A stretch of 64,000 nt of DNA from Paraphysomonas bandaiensis. Lineage: Eukaryota; Protista; Chrysophyceae. Below the pieces are notes generated by a model, which saw nothing but the letters and a program-made list of their open reading frames with translations, ran no database searches and was not told the origin of the DNA. The position numbers and the translations under genes were made by a program. Below are positions 13,001 through 26,392 of the stretch, in pieces. The DNA is taken from positions 1 to 64,000 of the forward strand of contig CBFFRP010000043.1 of assembly GCA_965644295.1 (NCBI GenBank). The letters run 5' to 3'. Position 1 is the first letter of the stretch, and the number at the start of each line of letters is the position of its first letter.

Positions 13001-14840
13001 GGTACACAACTCGCATACCTGTACTAGAACGGGAGTACACCGGCACCGGCACCGCAGTTGCGCTTGATATGTGCGTTAATTCAGGCGCAGAAGAACTGAC
13101 ACCGTCATACACAGTCACAGTACCACCACCATATATATCCAAGCGGTCAAAGTACAGAAATAAGCCTTCACTATTTGTCGGTTTTATAATCCATTCACAG
13201 TGTTGGTTCGAGTACATAGTCTCTGCACTGTAACTACCATCTGTAAACCTCATTGACGGGGCTGTGAGCTCGGCGGGATTTGTCGGAAATCCACAGTGAT
13301 AATTAGGGCCATCTGAATAGTAGGACAACTCAAAGCTTCCATTTCGGGAGGAGTCAGAATTTGATTGGAATTGAATTAACGCAACTCCAGATGTCGCAGT
13401 AACCCACTGCACTGGAACTGTAGTCCCACAAAACGTTCCAAGTAGAGGGGAAGTTTCCTTTTCACCGTCGTATATCCTCAATATATCACCGCAGTCTGTG
13501 ATGCTGAGCTTCGAGAAAAATATCACCAATGGACCCACAGCACTCATCGGCTTAAGCAGAAACGAGTACCTAAAGTTTTTTCGGTAACGGTGCACTGTTG
13601 AGGGAGATAGAGGAGAGCGATCAGGAAGGGTGATACCAATAGCTGACGACATAGAATAGAGCTCTTGGCTATCACCCATTCCACTGGTATCTTTGTGGCC
13701 TGAGAAGTAATCACCGCGAAATCCAAGAAAAGATGTGGCCAGTAAAGTGTTGGCAGTATAGGACACATAGAGACCCTTTCCAGAGGACACCAAAGGGGGA
13801 GGAACAATCGCAAAAGTACCCTCTGAATTCCATAACTGTACTCCATCAGGGCCATCAGAGTCATATACAATCACCTTTGCCCCAGGCTTGAGGCTAACCC
13901 AGCGCAACAAAAGGACCACCGGCCCTCCGCCGGTAGGAAGGATACGCCAGTTGCACGCCTCACCACGGCGCATAACGTTGCTAGACTTGCTTCCATCCAC
14001 AATAGACATAGAATTCGCAAGTAATACATCTGGGCTACTCTGCAATGAGCCACAGTGATACAAATCTTCATCGGCAATGTAATCAATCAAAAAATTCGCG
14101 TTTATTTCAACGCTACCAGTTACTAACACAATAAGAGCCCGTCCACTTGTAGAATATATCCACTTCTCAGGCTTCGATGCAGAGAAGCATCCCCCCCGAA
14201 ATAGGACAGGACTGCTCTCTGTAGGTCCATCATATATCGACAACGTTGCATTGCATCCTAACTCAAACTGAAATATAGCAAACACAAAACGAATCACATC
14301 AGCACTGACAGATATTGACCATTGCATCTTAGAATTTGCGGGCAAAGTCTTACCACCAATAAGTGGGGGTTGAATGTGACCGTAGCCCATGACATAATTA
14401 AGAAGAAAATTAGTGGAAGATGCATTGTACACTTGTCCTTGTGCTAAGTGTCCGACATACTGAAGATCAAAACTAGATGCAGAAAAGCTGGCCCCAACAA
14501 CACCATGTATTTGGATAGTTACTGATCCCGTGGATGAAGTAAACGCAGGAGGTATAAGACTACCACATGCCACACATGCGAAGATAGGGAGAGAGGTACC
14601 GGAGTCGTATATCTGTAACTGAGCTGTGCGGATATTTAAACTGCGGAATACAAAACTTACACGATCAAGCTGTAAAGGTGGCTGAATGATCCACTCCTCT
14701 TTATCAGACTGACTGTTGACTGCATAAGAAATACTTCCAACTACACTTTTCTTGATTTGTAGTGCATATGTCTGTATATTTATTAAGCTTATTATAGAGA
14801 GGTATAGCAGACTCATGAACAGCTGCATTATACTACACAT
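10049..14840 (-). CDS. Single-pass membrane protein: signal peptide, ~7-8 CUB domains, TM helix, RBR (RING1-IBR-RING2) E3 ubiquitin ligase; ~1560 aa
   Basis: Exons 14840-11390, 11336-10458 and 10401-10049; GT-AG introns of 53 and 56 nt both preserve frame. CUB motifs C.W.I.P, L.IYDG and GF...Y are repeated. TM FFIPLAVITVFAIVMFTVLFVY. IBR CPYCIQRFCIRCKKPWH. RING2 CPSC..IEK....TCHHM...FC|YLCG is completed by the last splice. Confidence 0.88.
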
Positions 14841-15380
14841 ATATCGTCATACAATAAGTACATATGATCGTACACGAATCATCCCACTGATCGAATCCGA
14901 ACAGTGATTATGGAATTCAATTACTCTCCATTGGACTCACTTTGTCTATGAAGTTGTTCTTCCTCACTTCGTCATAAGGAGACAGTACACTGAATATCTC
15001 ATCAAAGTTCCAACGTAATATTTCAATGACGACGACAAAAATCTGTCCATACCTCATGTTATGTGCTATATGTTGGGGCTTTTGTCAGACTAGAACACGA
15101 AATCCCGTTATTTTAGCCACTCTCGCTGCTGTGGTATACTGCTGTACACACTGCTGTGTACGTATTCCATATGGTTACAATATTTGGACAATCGTATCAT
15201 ACATATAGACATAGAATTCCTTTTGCTCTCGTAGTATCCGGGCGGATACTGCTGTATTATTGTACCACAGTTCTGGTGTACCCGACTGCTGCTGTGTGTG
15301 TTCATATCATGTGGCATCGCTACATAGATATGACTCAGAGTCACAGTACATAATGAACCGCTAAAACCACATAACGTTAA

Positions 15381-18300
15381 ATGAAATATTATATTCTTCT
15401 CCTAAGCCAATACGTTTCCTTGAGTGCTGGTGCCGGCTTTACGAGTCATAATGTGGCTGCCCGGAGAGCCTCACAGTTTGAGTATTTCGGACCCGAAACA
15501 AACGAGTTTAACCCTTCGTATTTTTATGGTCTAGCAGAGGATCGTTCCGATGCTATTCAAGGAGGTTCCCCATTTCCTGATTACTTGTATGCGTGTGGGA
15601 CAGAACATGATGCAGGTAACGATTAAGGCTGTGGAGACTGTATCTGAGGATGTCATCTGATAGGCGAAGAGGCTCATTGGACTCCTTTCCAAATTTATTC
15701 TGCTGAGTATATTCGCGATCAATATCCTACGTGGATGCTCGATGGCCGGGATAGTGACGGAGCTGGTCTTGTTGCCTTCATGATGGGGGTCACATCCCAT
15801 TACATAGCGGATATCAATTGGCATGGGCTTGAAGTCATACCGAGTGGCGAAGGCCTCATACGCACTATGGGATATGCTGACTTCAACTGTACAGATGGAG
15901 ACCTATGTTCAACTGCTCATTCCGCTGCCGATACTGGTGGCGAATTTGCTGCAGCCGCCTCACTGGACCTTTCTTGGTATCCACAGGTATTCTTAACGAT
16001 AAAAATGAGCAACCGTGTAAATATACGTCGGTCCGTTTTTAATTCAATGGCGGATAGTGTTGTATATTTATCAATAGTAATTGTACTCATACTATGCCAT
16101 TGCCTTTCAGAAAGATTGGTACTTGCCCACCGAAGATCTAGTTAATATATACGCCACGATGAATGCCTCTGGGGAGGGTCCATTAGTGGAGCCTGAATGG
16201 ATCAAAGCCTGTGGCGTAATATTTTATGCTGGTAAATGTTAATAATATATGTGTATATGTGTTGAGTGTATTTGTATCGATATATTTCTAACAATATATT
16301 TAATATGTTTTCAATTCACTGATGAATACCTTTCAGGCAGTTTCGGGGTATCTCGATTTGGTGACTTGATATACCCTCTCCTTGCACCCTTTCTTGGCGG
16401 GCTTCTTCTTGAGGATTACTTTGAGTTTCCTGTTGGAGGGGTGGACGATGATGCGGCGTGGACTAGTTTTATGTGGAATCGGTTTGCTGATTGGTTGATT
16501 TATGGACCACCTCCACCAGACCCTCCCCCTAATTATGTGGATGACACAAGCCGAGATACCCAGAAGAAAAGAATGAGGGAAGGAATACTTCTTGGAAAAC
16601 GTCAGTGGGTGAGTGCAATGAGGGATATTATAAAAGATGTGTACAACTCGGAGAACGAATTTCAATATAGCGGCGGCGGTTTGTTTGAAGTTTATAATAG
16701 TCGTGACCAAATGGGGCTCCACGGGACATCTAAGGGATCCTTCATTGGGTTACGACGAAACCACACCTTAGATGACTTGATGATAAAGAAAGATACCAAA
16801 CTTTTATATTTACTCGCGAACTCATTGATTGATAATTATCTTGCTGTTGTGTTTCCTGAGATTCTAACCCATTCAGCGTCTACACTGAATAACGTTCGGC
16901 ACAAATTGAAAGACAGAGCACATGAACTTGCCCAGTCTCTTCGATCGCCTTCTTTTGCTGATGGTATACGAGGCGACATGCACCATGGAAGTTTTACTAG
17001 TGATATCGATGGAATAGGCTTCGCTTCGGGGAGCAGCGAGCATGAGTATTTCGCACGGTCTTTATCAGCTTCATCTGATGGATCATTTATGGTTGGGTCT
17101 CCAGGTTCGGGTCGTATCGGTGGACCACAAGAAGGTACAGCTAAACTATTTTTTCATAACACGAACAGTACAGCACGAAAGAACTCGAATGATGTATTTT
17201 CTGATCCTATTATATTCTATGGTGGGCGCGGAGGTGGACGAACAGATGCTTTTCCGACTTACGAACGATTTGGGTGGTCTTCAGCTGCCTGTGATATGAA
17301 TGGCGACGAAATAGACGACTGGATCATATGTGCTCCATCCCATAATGGAGGGCGTGATACAGATGCTGCGCGGGGAAACTACACTGGGCGATGTGATATA
17401 TTTTATGCACCTTTTAGGGACGATCCGGTACCAGATGCGAGTGTGTACGGGGACAAGGAGTGGGGAAACTTTGGGTACAATGTATTATGTGGAGATGTGG
17501 ACGGTGATGGACACAAAGATGTAGTAATAGCCGCTCCTTTTGTCGGAAGGTATGTTATGTTAGTTTTTGTATGTGGAAGTGCTATATAGTAACCTGTCCC
17601 TTCGACATTATTCTAAATTTGGAATACTTATGTTTAGTTATCCGGGTATTTCTGCTAATGATCGTGGGGATTTGTCCTCTCAAGGTGCTGTGTACGTATA
17701 TATGGCTTCGAATTTCGAAAAGACATTCTTGTCACCCAGTAGTGTCATGGAAAAGTCATTAGCAGCCTCCTCTGCTGATGTTGTGATTCAGCCTGACGAA
17801 TCGTTTCAGTGGTTTGGGAAGAGTTTGGCGTCGTCCCCTCGTGATTCCATTCATAATCTGTTTGTCGTGGGGGCCCCATCCTACCATTCTGCAGTAAAGG
17901 GAGAGGAGAATAGTGCTGTGGGACGTGTCTACGTCTACCCTTCCCTCTCCTCTTCATCTACATCAGTAGATTACTTGTTTACTGTAACAGGTTGTGGACA
18001 CTCTGGTCGAACAGGGCATGCCGTAGCGCTGTCATCCACACACCTTGCCTTCTCTGAAACACACTGGAATGGTACTACTTCCGATGATACAGTCCGACCA
18101 CGGGATACACTTTTAAGGGCTGGACGCGTGTTTGTGGTACCGCTGAATTCTGTGGTAGTAAATAAATTGACACAGTCCCCAGTTGACTATCGGGCGTGTG
18201 ACTTAGCTACAGTTGACGGAGTCATTCAGGTGTCGGGCGATACCTATGAGGGTCGATTTGGGTCATCCATTTCGTTTGATTCTACCGGATCAACTCTCTT

Positions 18301-18514
18301 TGTAGGTGCCCCACTGGCAGATGATGGTGTGGGTCGCGTATATTCTGTTGATATAGCTACTGGAAAAGTCGATTTATTGCTGTCAGGTGCGAAATATATA
18401 AACTCCAAGGGGCGACTTGGACAGGCACTGATGTTTGCTGATACTCTATATGTGAGCGCCCCTTATGCGACCATAAACGGTGAGGAAGAGTGTGGAAGGT
18501 TGTTTCGTGTCTAA
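15381..18514 (+). CDS. GPLD1: GPI-specific phospholipase D-like protein (Zn-phospholipase domain plus FG-GAP propeller), multi-exon
   Basis: Signal peptide, then AGFTSH..AARRA, GSPFPD..Y, spliced EEAHW, SHYIADINWH, HSAADTGGEF and GGVDDDAAW, followed by FG-GAP repeats (FGWS...DMNGD, DVDGDG..DVVIAAP, FVGAP). Confidence 0.88.
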
Positions 18515-19385
18515 TATGCGCTAGTGCTACAAGTACTTCATTTTGTTGATGCACTATCATGTACTATGGCTTAGTCAAAATCACAAACAGATGTTATTTT
18601 GGCGCTATGTACGTTATGAAATTGTTGGCATGCTCTGACTATCGTTTTTTTGTTGTAAATGTGTGATACCTGACATTGAATATCAAAATACTCAAGAACT
18701 TATTTTGAGGGTGTAATGCTACAAGTTTTATCTAATTTCTATAATAGTACTAGAAGTTATTACGCCTGTGTGAAAATATACCACTTACTTTTCAGTCACT
18801 TATCTTGAAAGATACCCCACACCCCACACAGAGTCGGGTAGTGGTGAAATTCTTAAAATTTACAGATATCTTAGTTATTGAGAGTCAGCATGAAATTAAT
18901 TCTGGACCATGGAAAACTGAGCAGGGCAAGGTAAAAATATATTGGATTTCATTCCAGTCTAAACAGTCAATAAGAAAGATTCCAGTAATATGATCGCCAT
19001 CAGGCTTGCGTAACAATTTTGCAAACGTGGGAATTTTGGGAGAACTAGGGTTTTTACAGTATTCATGTTTTAAAAGCTATCTGTTTGTAGACTTAAGCAA
19101 AAAGTATTAAGTAAAAAATAGTTTGGTGTGGCGCATGCAATGTTTTCAACGAAGTATCTGTTTCCGCACAGCATTCCGAAGATAACGACATATAGTTTAA
19201 CTGAGAGTGGTTGATTGAAATAGTGCAAAATAAATTATTCCTTATGATACCACGAATCTACTATCTACTCATTATACAACTCATGCGCCGCCAATCAACA
19301 CTAACATGTCAATTCAAATTCACACTTCCCGACTCCCATTGCCCATCAAAGCTCTATTAGTAGTTAGACATACAAATAGCACCAT

Positions 19386-20120
19386 CTACCCTTGCATGCC
19401 ATCTCCCATACCCGCTGACCCAGGATTCGGCTGTTGCTGCTGCTGCTGCGTGATGGGTAAGAACAGTTTGAACTCTGGTGGAAGTTCCTCTTCGGAGTAC
19501 AATCTGTCGGAGAAATAAATTCGACGGATACGGCAATTTGCGTGGATTTGCACGCGAAGAGTCTCGATATAATTTGTTCCATATGCACGACGAGTAAAAT
19601 CTGACAAGTTGAATTGAATTTGATTCCACCCCTCATCCAATCTCATGGGCATTGTGCATATAAAGGGCTTCACTCTGGTCGTTGACTGATAATTGGAGGC
19701 TCGGAAACGTCTTCGCACATTTTTGTCATCTAACACCATCACTTCAAATGTGAAATACTTTCTCAACTACAATATCAGATAACGTAAGTATTTAAATTCA
19801 AAACAATGTCAATATCTTACATTTTTGATGATCATGACAAGAAAAGGTAACTTTATTCCAAGCGTTTTCTTGGGATCTGCAGGGCACTGGATGAATGTTG
19901 TGCTCACATTAGTACCCATAATTTCAAGAACAGATGACTGAATATCAGGATCAGTGATACGTTTGATGTGCCCATTTCGAACTTTCTTGTCCCATATTTG
20001 CAACGGTTTGCTCCTTTGAGAAAACAGTTATTAAGCAGTTCTTAAAATAACACGACCATTAACTTACCCTATAGAATAAAGAATAGAAAGAAAACCAGAC
20101 TGATAAGTGTTCCTGAACAT
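19386..20120 (-). CDS. CFAP20: Cilia- and flagella-associated protein 20 (BUG22/GTL3), 3 exons
   Basis: [18 protein letters not shown]|[21 protein letters not shown]...[34 protein letters not shown], a highly conserved sequence. Confidence 0.97.
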
Positions 20121-20624
20121 TGTGCTAACTGAACTCCTCTCTGGTTGATTATTTGTAGCAATATTACCCCTCTATATTGCAATAGAAGCCAATGGACTAT
20201 GTATCATATATGTTCCATTGAGATGCGATCCCATTCAGCTCGACCGCTTGAATCAAGTAAAACGGTTTTTCTTTTAAATCATATCTTTTACAGTCGTCAA
20301 AATATTTTCAGGCTTTGAACTTAGATCTTATATACAGCAGTATATGGTGCACTTCTACGTATTCTCTATATACAGAGTATGGTATCATTTTTTTGGCCAA
20401 AAAAATTCAGTTCAGCCAGGAGTGCGTCTTTAGTTTATACTGCAATATATACATACACACATACACACACAAATATATATATATATATATATATAAACGT
20501 AATCTTTAACCACTGCGATCGATCTCTTGTGTCACTATTGACTGTAGTAAGTATCTGCTAGTGGAGGAAACTAAAAGTAAACTCTCCCTAGGAGATCCCT
20601 ATTGAGTAAATCTCTATCTGTATT

Positions 20625-22402
20625 ATGGAGACACAAGCCCAGCCCCGTCGACCTAGCTTTAAGCCCCCTCCTCCTCCCACTGCAGGTGCAGGTGATTCAT
20701 ACATATAGACACATGTATACCCCTCGATAATTGTCTCATACGATACTCGTGTTGTTTTAGAGCGAACTATGAGCAGTGAAAATACATCAAGCACAAGAGA
20801 CTCTGAAAATGTGAGTATATGTTATGCTGTGTATATTTGAGAGCAGACATCACTCTTTTTATGTGTTAATGATAAACAGGACGTGAAAACATCGACTTCA
20901 GCATCACAAACATCCGCGAAAGGGTTCGGCCGTCGAGTGTCAGCTTTTTTTGCCAAATTGTTTTCAGAGGACGAGGAGCCCGCACCGATGGAAATAGGAA
21001 CTCCTTATAATTTTCAGCACATCCAACATGTTAAAGCTGACCCTCACACGTCCACAGGATTTGCTGTACGTAGATTTTGATTTGTATAATGTACGATCAT
21101 CACGCTTTAATGGTTTTAGGGGTTACCGGAGCCAATGCGTGTTGTACTGAAAGCCTCTGGGATATCGAAAGAGGAAAGCACTGCCCATCCTCAAGCCGTA
21201 CTCGACGTGCTCAACTTCCACATGGAGGGCGGACCCGCCGGTGATGTAAAAGCTGTCACGGCGGCACCATTACCCAAAACCGCGGAGGTTAATCGCGACA
21301 TTACGAAGGCTGCCATGATTAAACGGGAGAATTACACCCCACTTTTCACCGATCTCAAAAAATTGGGTCAAGGCGCTTCAGGAATTGTATATTCTGCTAC
21401 ACGAGTATCAAGCGGCGAGAAAGTTGCACTAAAGGTTGCGCCAATAAACGAACTCGCAGACCTTACCAATGAAATGGGCTTACAATCGATGTGTCGCCAT
21501 CAGAATATCGTCGAGTTCCAGGAAGCCTTTGTGCATGGTAGTGACGTTTGCATAGTGATGGAGTTGGTACCCGGCTCATCACTCACTAACTGCCTCGGGA
21601 CGCGAGTGGATTTCCCGGAGCCATGTATCGCGTACGTTTGTCGAGAGGTTCTTCGCGGGCTCCAGTTGATGCATTCTCTACACAGGCTTCATAGAGATAT
21701 CAAGAGTGATAATGTTCTGGTAAATTTCGTGCAACATCTTTACTCTATACCATATATAAGAATATCAAGTCCTGTTCTTTCGTTCGTCGATTTTATTTGA
21801 GTTATGTGTAGGTGGGGTATAATGGGGATGTGAAAATTGCTGATTTCGGGTTTGCTGCCAATTTAACGCGGGAGCAGTCCAAGAGGAGCTCTGTTGTGGG
21901 AACACCTTACTGGATGGCGCCAGAGTTGATCCGGGGTATGAGCTATGATGATAAGGTAACTTGCATGGTACTGATAGTTGATGTTCGCATTAGTTAGACA
22001 TTATTATCGTAAGGTCTGATTAAACCAATTCATACCTCGTTTCGTGGTGAATGCACAATTTTATAATGCGACCTTCCGTAGGTGGACATCTGGAGTCTGG
22101 GAATTACACTTATTGAAATGACTGATGGAGAACCACCACTCCTTCGTGAACCTCCTTTGCGTGCCTTGTTGTTGATTACAATTAATGATCCACCCACAGT
22201 GAAAGACCCGTCTAAGTGGTCGCGCGGTCTGCAACACTTCCTGTCCAACTGCCTTGTAGTGAACCCGACCGCTAGGGCATCCGCAGAGCAGTTACTCTCC
22301 CATCCGTTCATCGCATCAGCGTGTTCGCAGGAGGAGTTTGCGCTCTACGTCAATTCCAGGCTAAAGAAGAAGAAGAAGCCTGCAGCGACAGCGGGAAAAT
22401 GA
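20625..22402 (+). CDS. PAK/STE20-family Ser/Thr kinase with CRIB domain, multi-exon
   Basis: [18 protein letters not shown]; kinase [37 protein letters not shown]. The 5' exons and start are inferred. Confidence 0.9.
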
Positions 22403-23250
22403 AAGTAGAGTGAAAGTTCTGAAGTTGTTAGACGTAGCTTCAGAGTTGTTGAGAGCGTAGAGCAGTAGTATAGGGAGTGCTGTGGTGGTGTATTATGTAG
22501 CGAAATTTAGTGTCATTTCATATTTATACTGGTGAGATACCTAGGCTAGAATGAGTAAAGCTAATACTTCAGTATATAATGTGGAATGAATAGCAGTTTT
22601 ATCATCTAGTGATGGCAAGATTAGGTGATAAATAGATAAATAGGGAATCTTTTGCTTATTATTGCAGAAAATAAGATTTAGAGCTAGTCTTAGTAATTAG
22701 TGAAAGATGCACTTCGTATTATTAGAAGATAAAGATTGATCATAAAACTTCAAAACTTCACATGTGTTAGAAATAGACATTTTTAGTAATAAGACCTTTG
22801 TTAACACTTATATGGAATATTATATAATTATAAGAGATACCATACTTCATTTTTGCGACGAGTAATTTCGACTCCAAGTTAAAACATTATGAATAGCTCA
22901 ATACCGTTAATATATACTTGCAATTCAAAGGAATACAGTTCTAGCTTTTCACGTTCCAATAGAAATGAAAAAATATTATTCGGAGTTAATCCTATAGTTT
23001 GGTGTATGGCATATTGTCATCGACAAGCTTAGTATCTGCAATTGGCACATTAAAATACATGAAATATCTCAGTACTTAGGTTACAACACTATCGTACAAC
23101 TTTTCCACATATAGTTCAAACTAAAAAATTGCACGAACAAATAGTAATCCAATATCGGGATTCGATCTCACGGAGAACGGAGATACCTGTAGTCCTGGTT
23201 TGATCGAGCACAATGATACTAGTGAAAGCACTTAGCAGACAAAAATTCTT

Positions 23251-24093
23251 TTATATAGCAATATTTCTTGACGACCACGGCAACTCGCCCTTCATATCTT
23301 GCTGCCTCATATACTCGTACCCTGATTCCATCATCTCATATATTACTTGTCTCTCCATGATCTGAAAAGCAGGAGCCATTTTCCGCTTCCTTGTGCGCTC
23401 TCGGCATACTTCATCTTTCCTCCAGTCTACCCAATATACTTCTCTCTCATCCTGCACGTACTGCGGCAGAGGGAGTCTCTTGACTGATCGGGTAACGAAG
23501 TGCCAAAATGATCCATCAATCGCTACCTCACCTCTATATTCGGTCATTAGTCGACCGTCAAGAAAAAGAGGAATGTGTATAGATGCCATACACGCATTGA
23601 TAATGTCGTCTTTGTCTGAAAAGTTAGAAATCAATTTCGCTTGTGCGGAGTTTATAGGTGTTATAGTGAGATAAAGGTGAGATATTTCTTGAGGTGATAA
23701 CGTGTCAGGTATTTGTTTATGCAGCCAATCCCTAATCAATGGACCCCATATACCAGCAAGTCCAATCTTCCTCTCATACAAGTTTAGTTGTTCAGCGACG
23801 GCCAGTGATTCATCAGTTGAAGAGCGGAAATCGGCATTCAGTTTCAGCAGAGTGGCAGCAATGGAGCCTGCACTGGCTCCCACAATAGGAACGTTGTGTA
23901 GATCACAGTATTCTTTCAAGTAGAGAGCAGCCCCTGCAAACCAGTAGTAGTAGTTTCCCCCTCCAGTGAAGTATAGCGCAGTTGGCGTTGACGAGGAGTC
24001 TCTTCGGAGTAGAGTGGAAAGAGATCTCTCTCTGGTCCCACAGATAGCAGGCTTACATCTATTGCAGAGTGAGGGAGCTCTATTGGCTATCAT
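23251..24093 (-). CDS. Patatin-like phospholipase (PNPLA-like)
   Basis: Oxyanion FTGGG, nucleophile GASAG, MASIHIP and a DGS (DGx) motif. Confidence 0.88.
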   Translation of the reverse strand: MIANRAPSLCNRCKPAICGTRERSLSTLLRRDSSSTPTALYFTGGGNYYYWFAGAALYLKEYCDLHNVPIVGASAGSIAATLLKLNADFRSSTDESLAVAEQLNLYERKIGLAGIWGPLIRDWLHKQIPDTLSPQEISHLYLTITPINSAQAKLISNFSDKDDIINACMASIHIPLFLDGRLMTEYRGEVAIDGSFWHFVTRSVKRLPLPQYVQDEREVYWVDWRKDEVCRERTRKRKMAPAFQIMERQVIYEMMESGYEYMRQQDMKGELPWSSRNIAI

Positions 24094-24648
24094 TGCAGGT
24101 AGGTCTATCTACGCATTGTATATTAAACTCAATCTGCGATACCCCTCAATAGCCCAGATACACTCTACGTACTGTGCGTATAACCCCTGCAGATATACGC
24201 CTTTCCTGTATGGTGTATGCTGTAGATTAGCATTACACCATGCACTGTATATACAGTATACGGTATACCACCACCACTCCAACGGAGCAAACGATGGACT
24301 ATCGAACAAAATTCATTCTGGAATGCACAGTCATGTACTTATATACAATTCTCCATGTACTTCTGTACTTATATCCCAGTACCAACTGCTGTATTTCATG
24401 TATTCCAACGTATAAAGCCATGACATGATGATGCACAGGTGGGTCGCCAACAGCATCACATCCTTTAAACGACTGATCTGCCAATCATATTTAGCGGCTG
24501 GAAGGGCACCACATGCTACTACTACTATGCACAGTGCGTATACTCAGTACTGTTGTTATTAATAAAGCACTTTGTCGCAGTTGCTATTAAATAGCATACG
24601 TTGATCAGAATTACTAATCAGCACTGACCTATAGGATCATTGTGACAG

Positions 24649-25505
24649 ATGAGTGCAGCATTTCCTGAGATCCCTCTTACCCCAGCCTTCTACATATGGA
24701 TGGCTGCGGTGCCCATAATGTACTTTGGCCTTGTTATATTGTTCAGAGCTATGAACCTATGGGAAGCAAAAACTAGAAAGGGTAGCCGTGGATCAGATAT
24801 TATGGCGTTTCTTATTGTCGCTGGAATCTGTGTTACCTACCTTGGAATTGTAGGTGTAATTGCCTGGTTCGAACTGGAGCCTTCATGGGATTATGATACA
24901 CTGAAGAAAGACAATATCTATGGTCGTGCTCAGTTCGTTGAGGATCATTTGATTATGCCCATGATGTCTTATCAAGGATGGAATCTTTTGCTCTGCCTCT
25001 TCAACAATGATCTTCGTGATCCTGCAATGATTGGTATTTTGCTATACAGTTATTATATATATTATGGTTGACACTGTATTATATTGTAGGGCATCATCTT
25101 GTAACTGGATCGCTCGCCTATTTTGGGATCCACCCTTACGTGCATTACTATGGTCTCTTCTTCTTTGGTTTCGCTGAGTTAACGAATATTCCACTCACTC
25201 TGGTGGATATGTTTAAGTATTTCCCGGACCTAAAAGAGAAAATGCCCGTGCTAAACGAGTTCTGCAGAATTACTTTTGCAGTATCTTTTATTATTGTTCG
25301 ATTGATTATGTGGCCATATATTTCGTATGGCTTTTGGGTAGGAGCTCTGGATCTGTTGCGCACTGGCAGAGCCCACTCGACGTTTGTTGTAGCAGTTTTC
25401 TTTGGAGCCAACTTGTTCCTTACTGGTCTTCAGTTTTTATGGGGATCTAAAATTTTTGGCTTCTTATTCAAGAGCGGCAAAAAGAAGAGCAAGAAATCTG
25501 CTTAA
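24649..25505 (+). CDS. TLC (TRAM/LAG1/CLN8) domain membrane protein, 2 exons
   Basis: Multiple TM helices; spliced MIG|HH motif, ELTNIP, FAVSFIIVR and LQFLW; C-terminal lysine cluster. Confidence 0.85.
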
Positions 25506-26392
25506 GAGACTGGCAATATTGCTGTATAATTAGTCGCGTGTCATCTGTAATAATAAGCAATAAATTCATTATCATCTAATCTTGTCATCATTAGGCCCTT
25601 CAAACTTGATAATATACTTAGTGTTATATATAATATATTTGTACTAAGTGTTATATATATAATTTCCGTACTAAAGTTGGTAGTAGGTCAAGGAAGCAAG
25701 CATCTGCTTGTCAAGTTATGACACAATTGGATGATTTACTAAGTTAACTGGACGTGTATTTACTCATAAAACAAGTTAAGATTAGAGAAGATTATAATAA
25801 ATATAATAAACAATATATCACGTTATCTCTACTACCACTCATTTGTAGTACGATCTTATATCGTCACTATCTTCTTGTATGGTCAATATATTTTCAGTTC
25901 TCATTACTTCTCATACTAATACAGTTAACCACTACTGTATTCTCCAGTAACCGTCATAATTCCAATATCTTAGAATTACAGCTTTTAAATGCTTATACAG
26001 CAAAACTCAACACTGCTAATAGACCGAGAGTCCCTTAACCTGAGGCGATCTTCACCCTCATCAGCTTATTATTAGTTTAATAGAATCTGGATACAAATTA
26101 GTTGTCGATTGGTCATTCTTCTTTAATTCGTGTTAATAAAAACTATTTTTACAACATAAAAGTTGTATTTATCAACCACGATCTCGTGTTGGAACATCAT
26201 CTTACTTTAAAAGACTTATTATCAAGGTTGCACCCACATCGGCGCTGTGTATATGCATAACGAAATACTAGGCTAATTTTCATAGGGATACATGCTGTGC
26301 ATCAACGCAACTGAAATATTTTTACGATTCTACAGCCACAAGGTCTACGATGCTTGAATGGAGACTTCTACAAAATATAAACTAAGTATATT

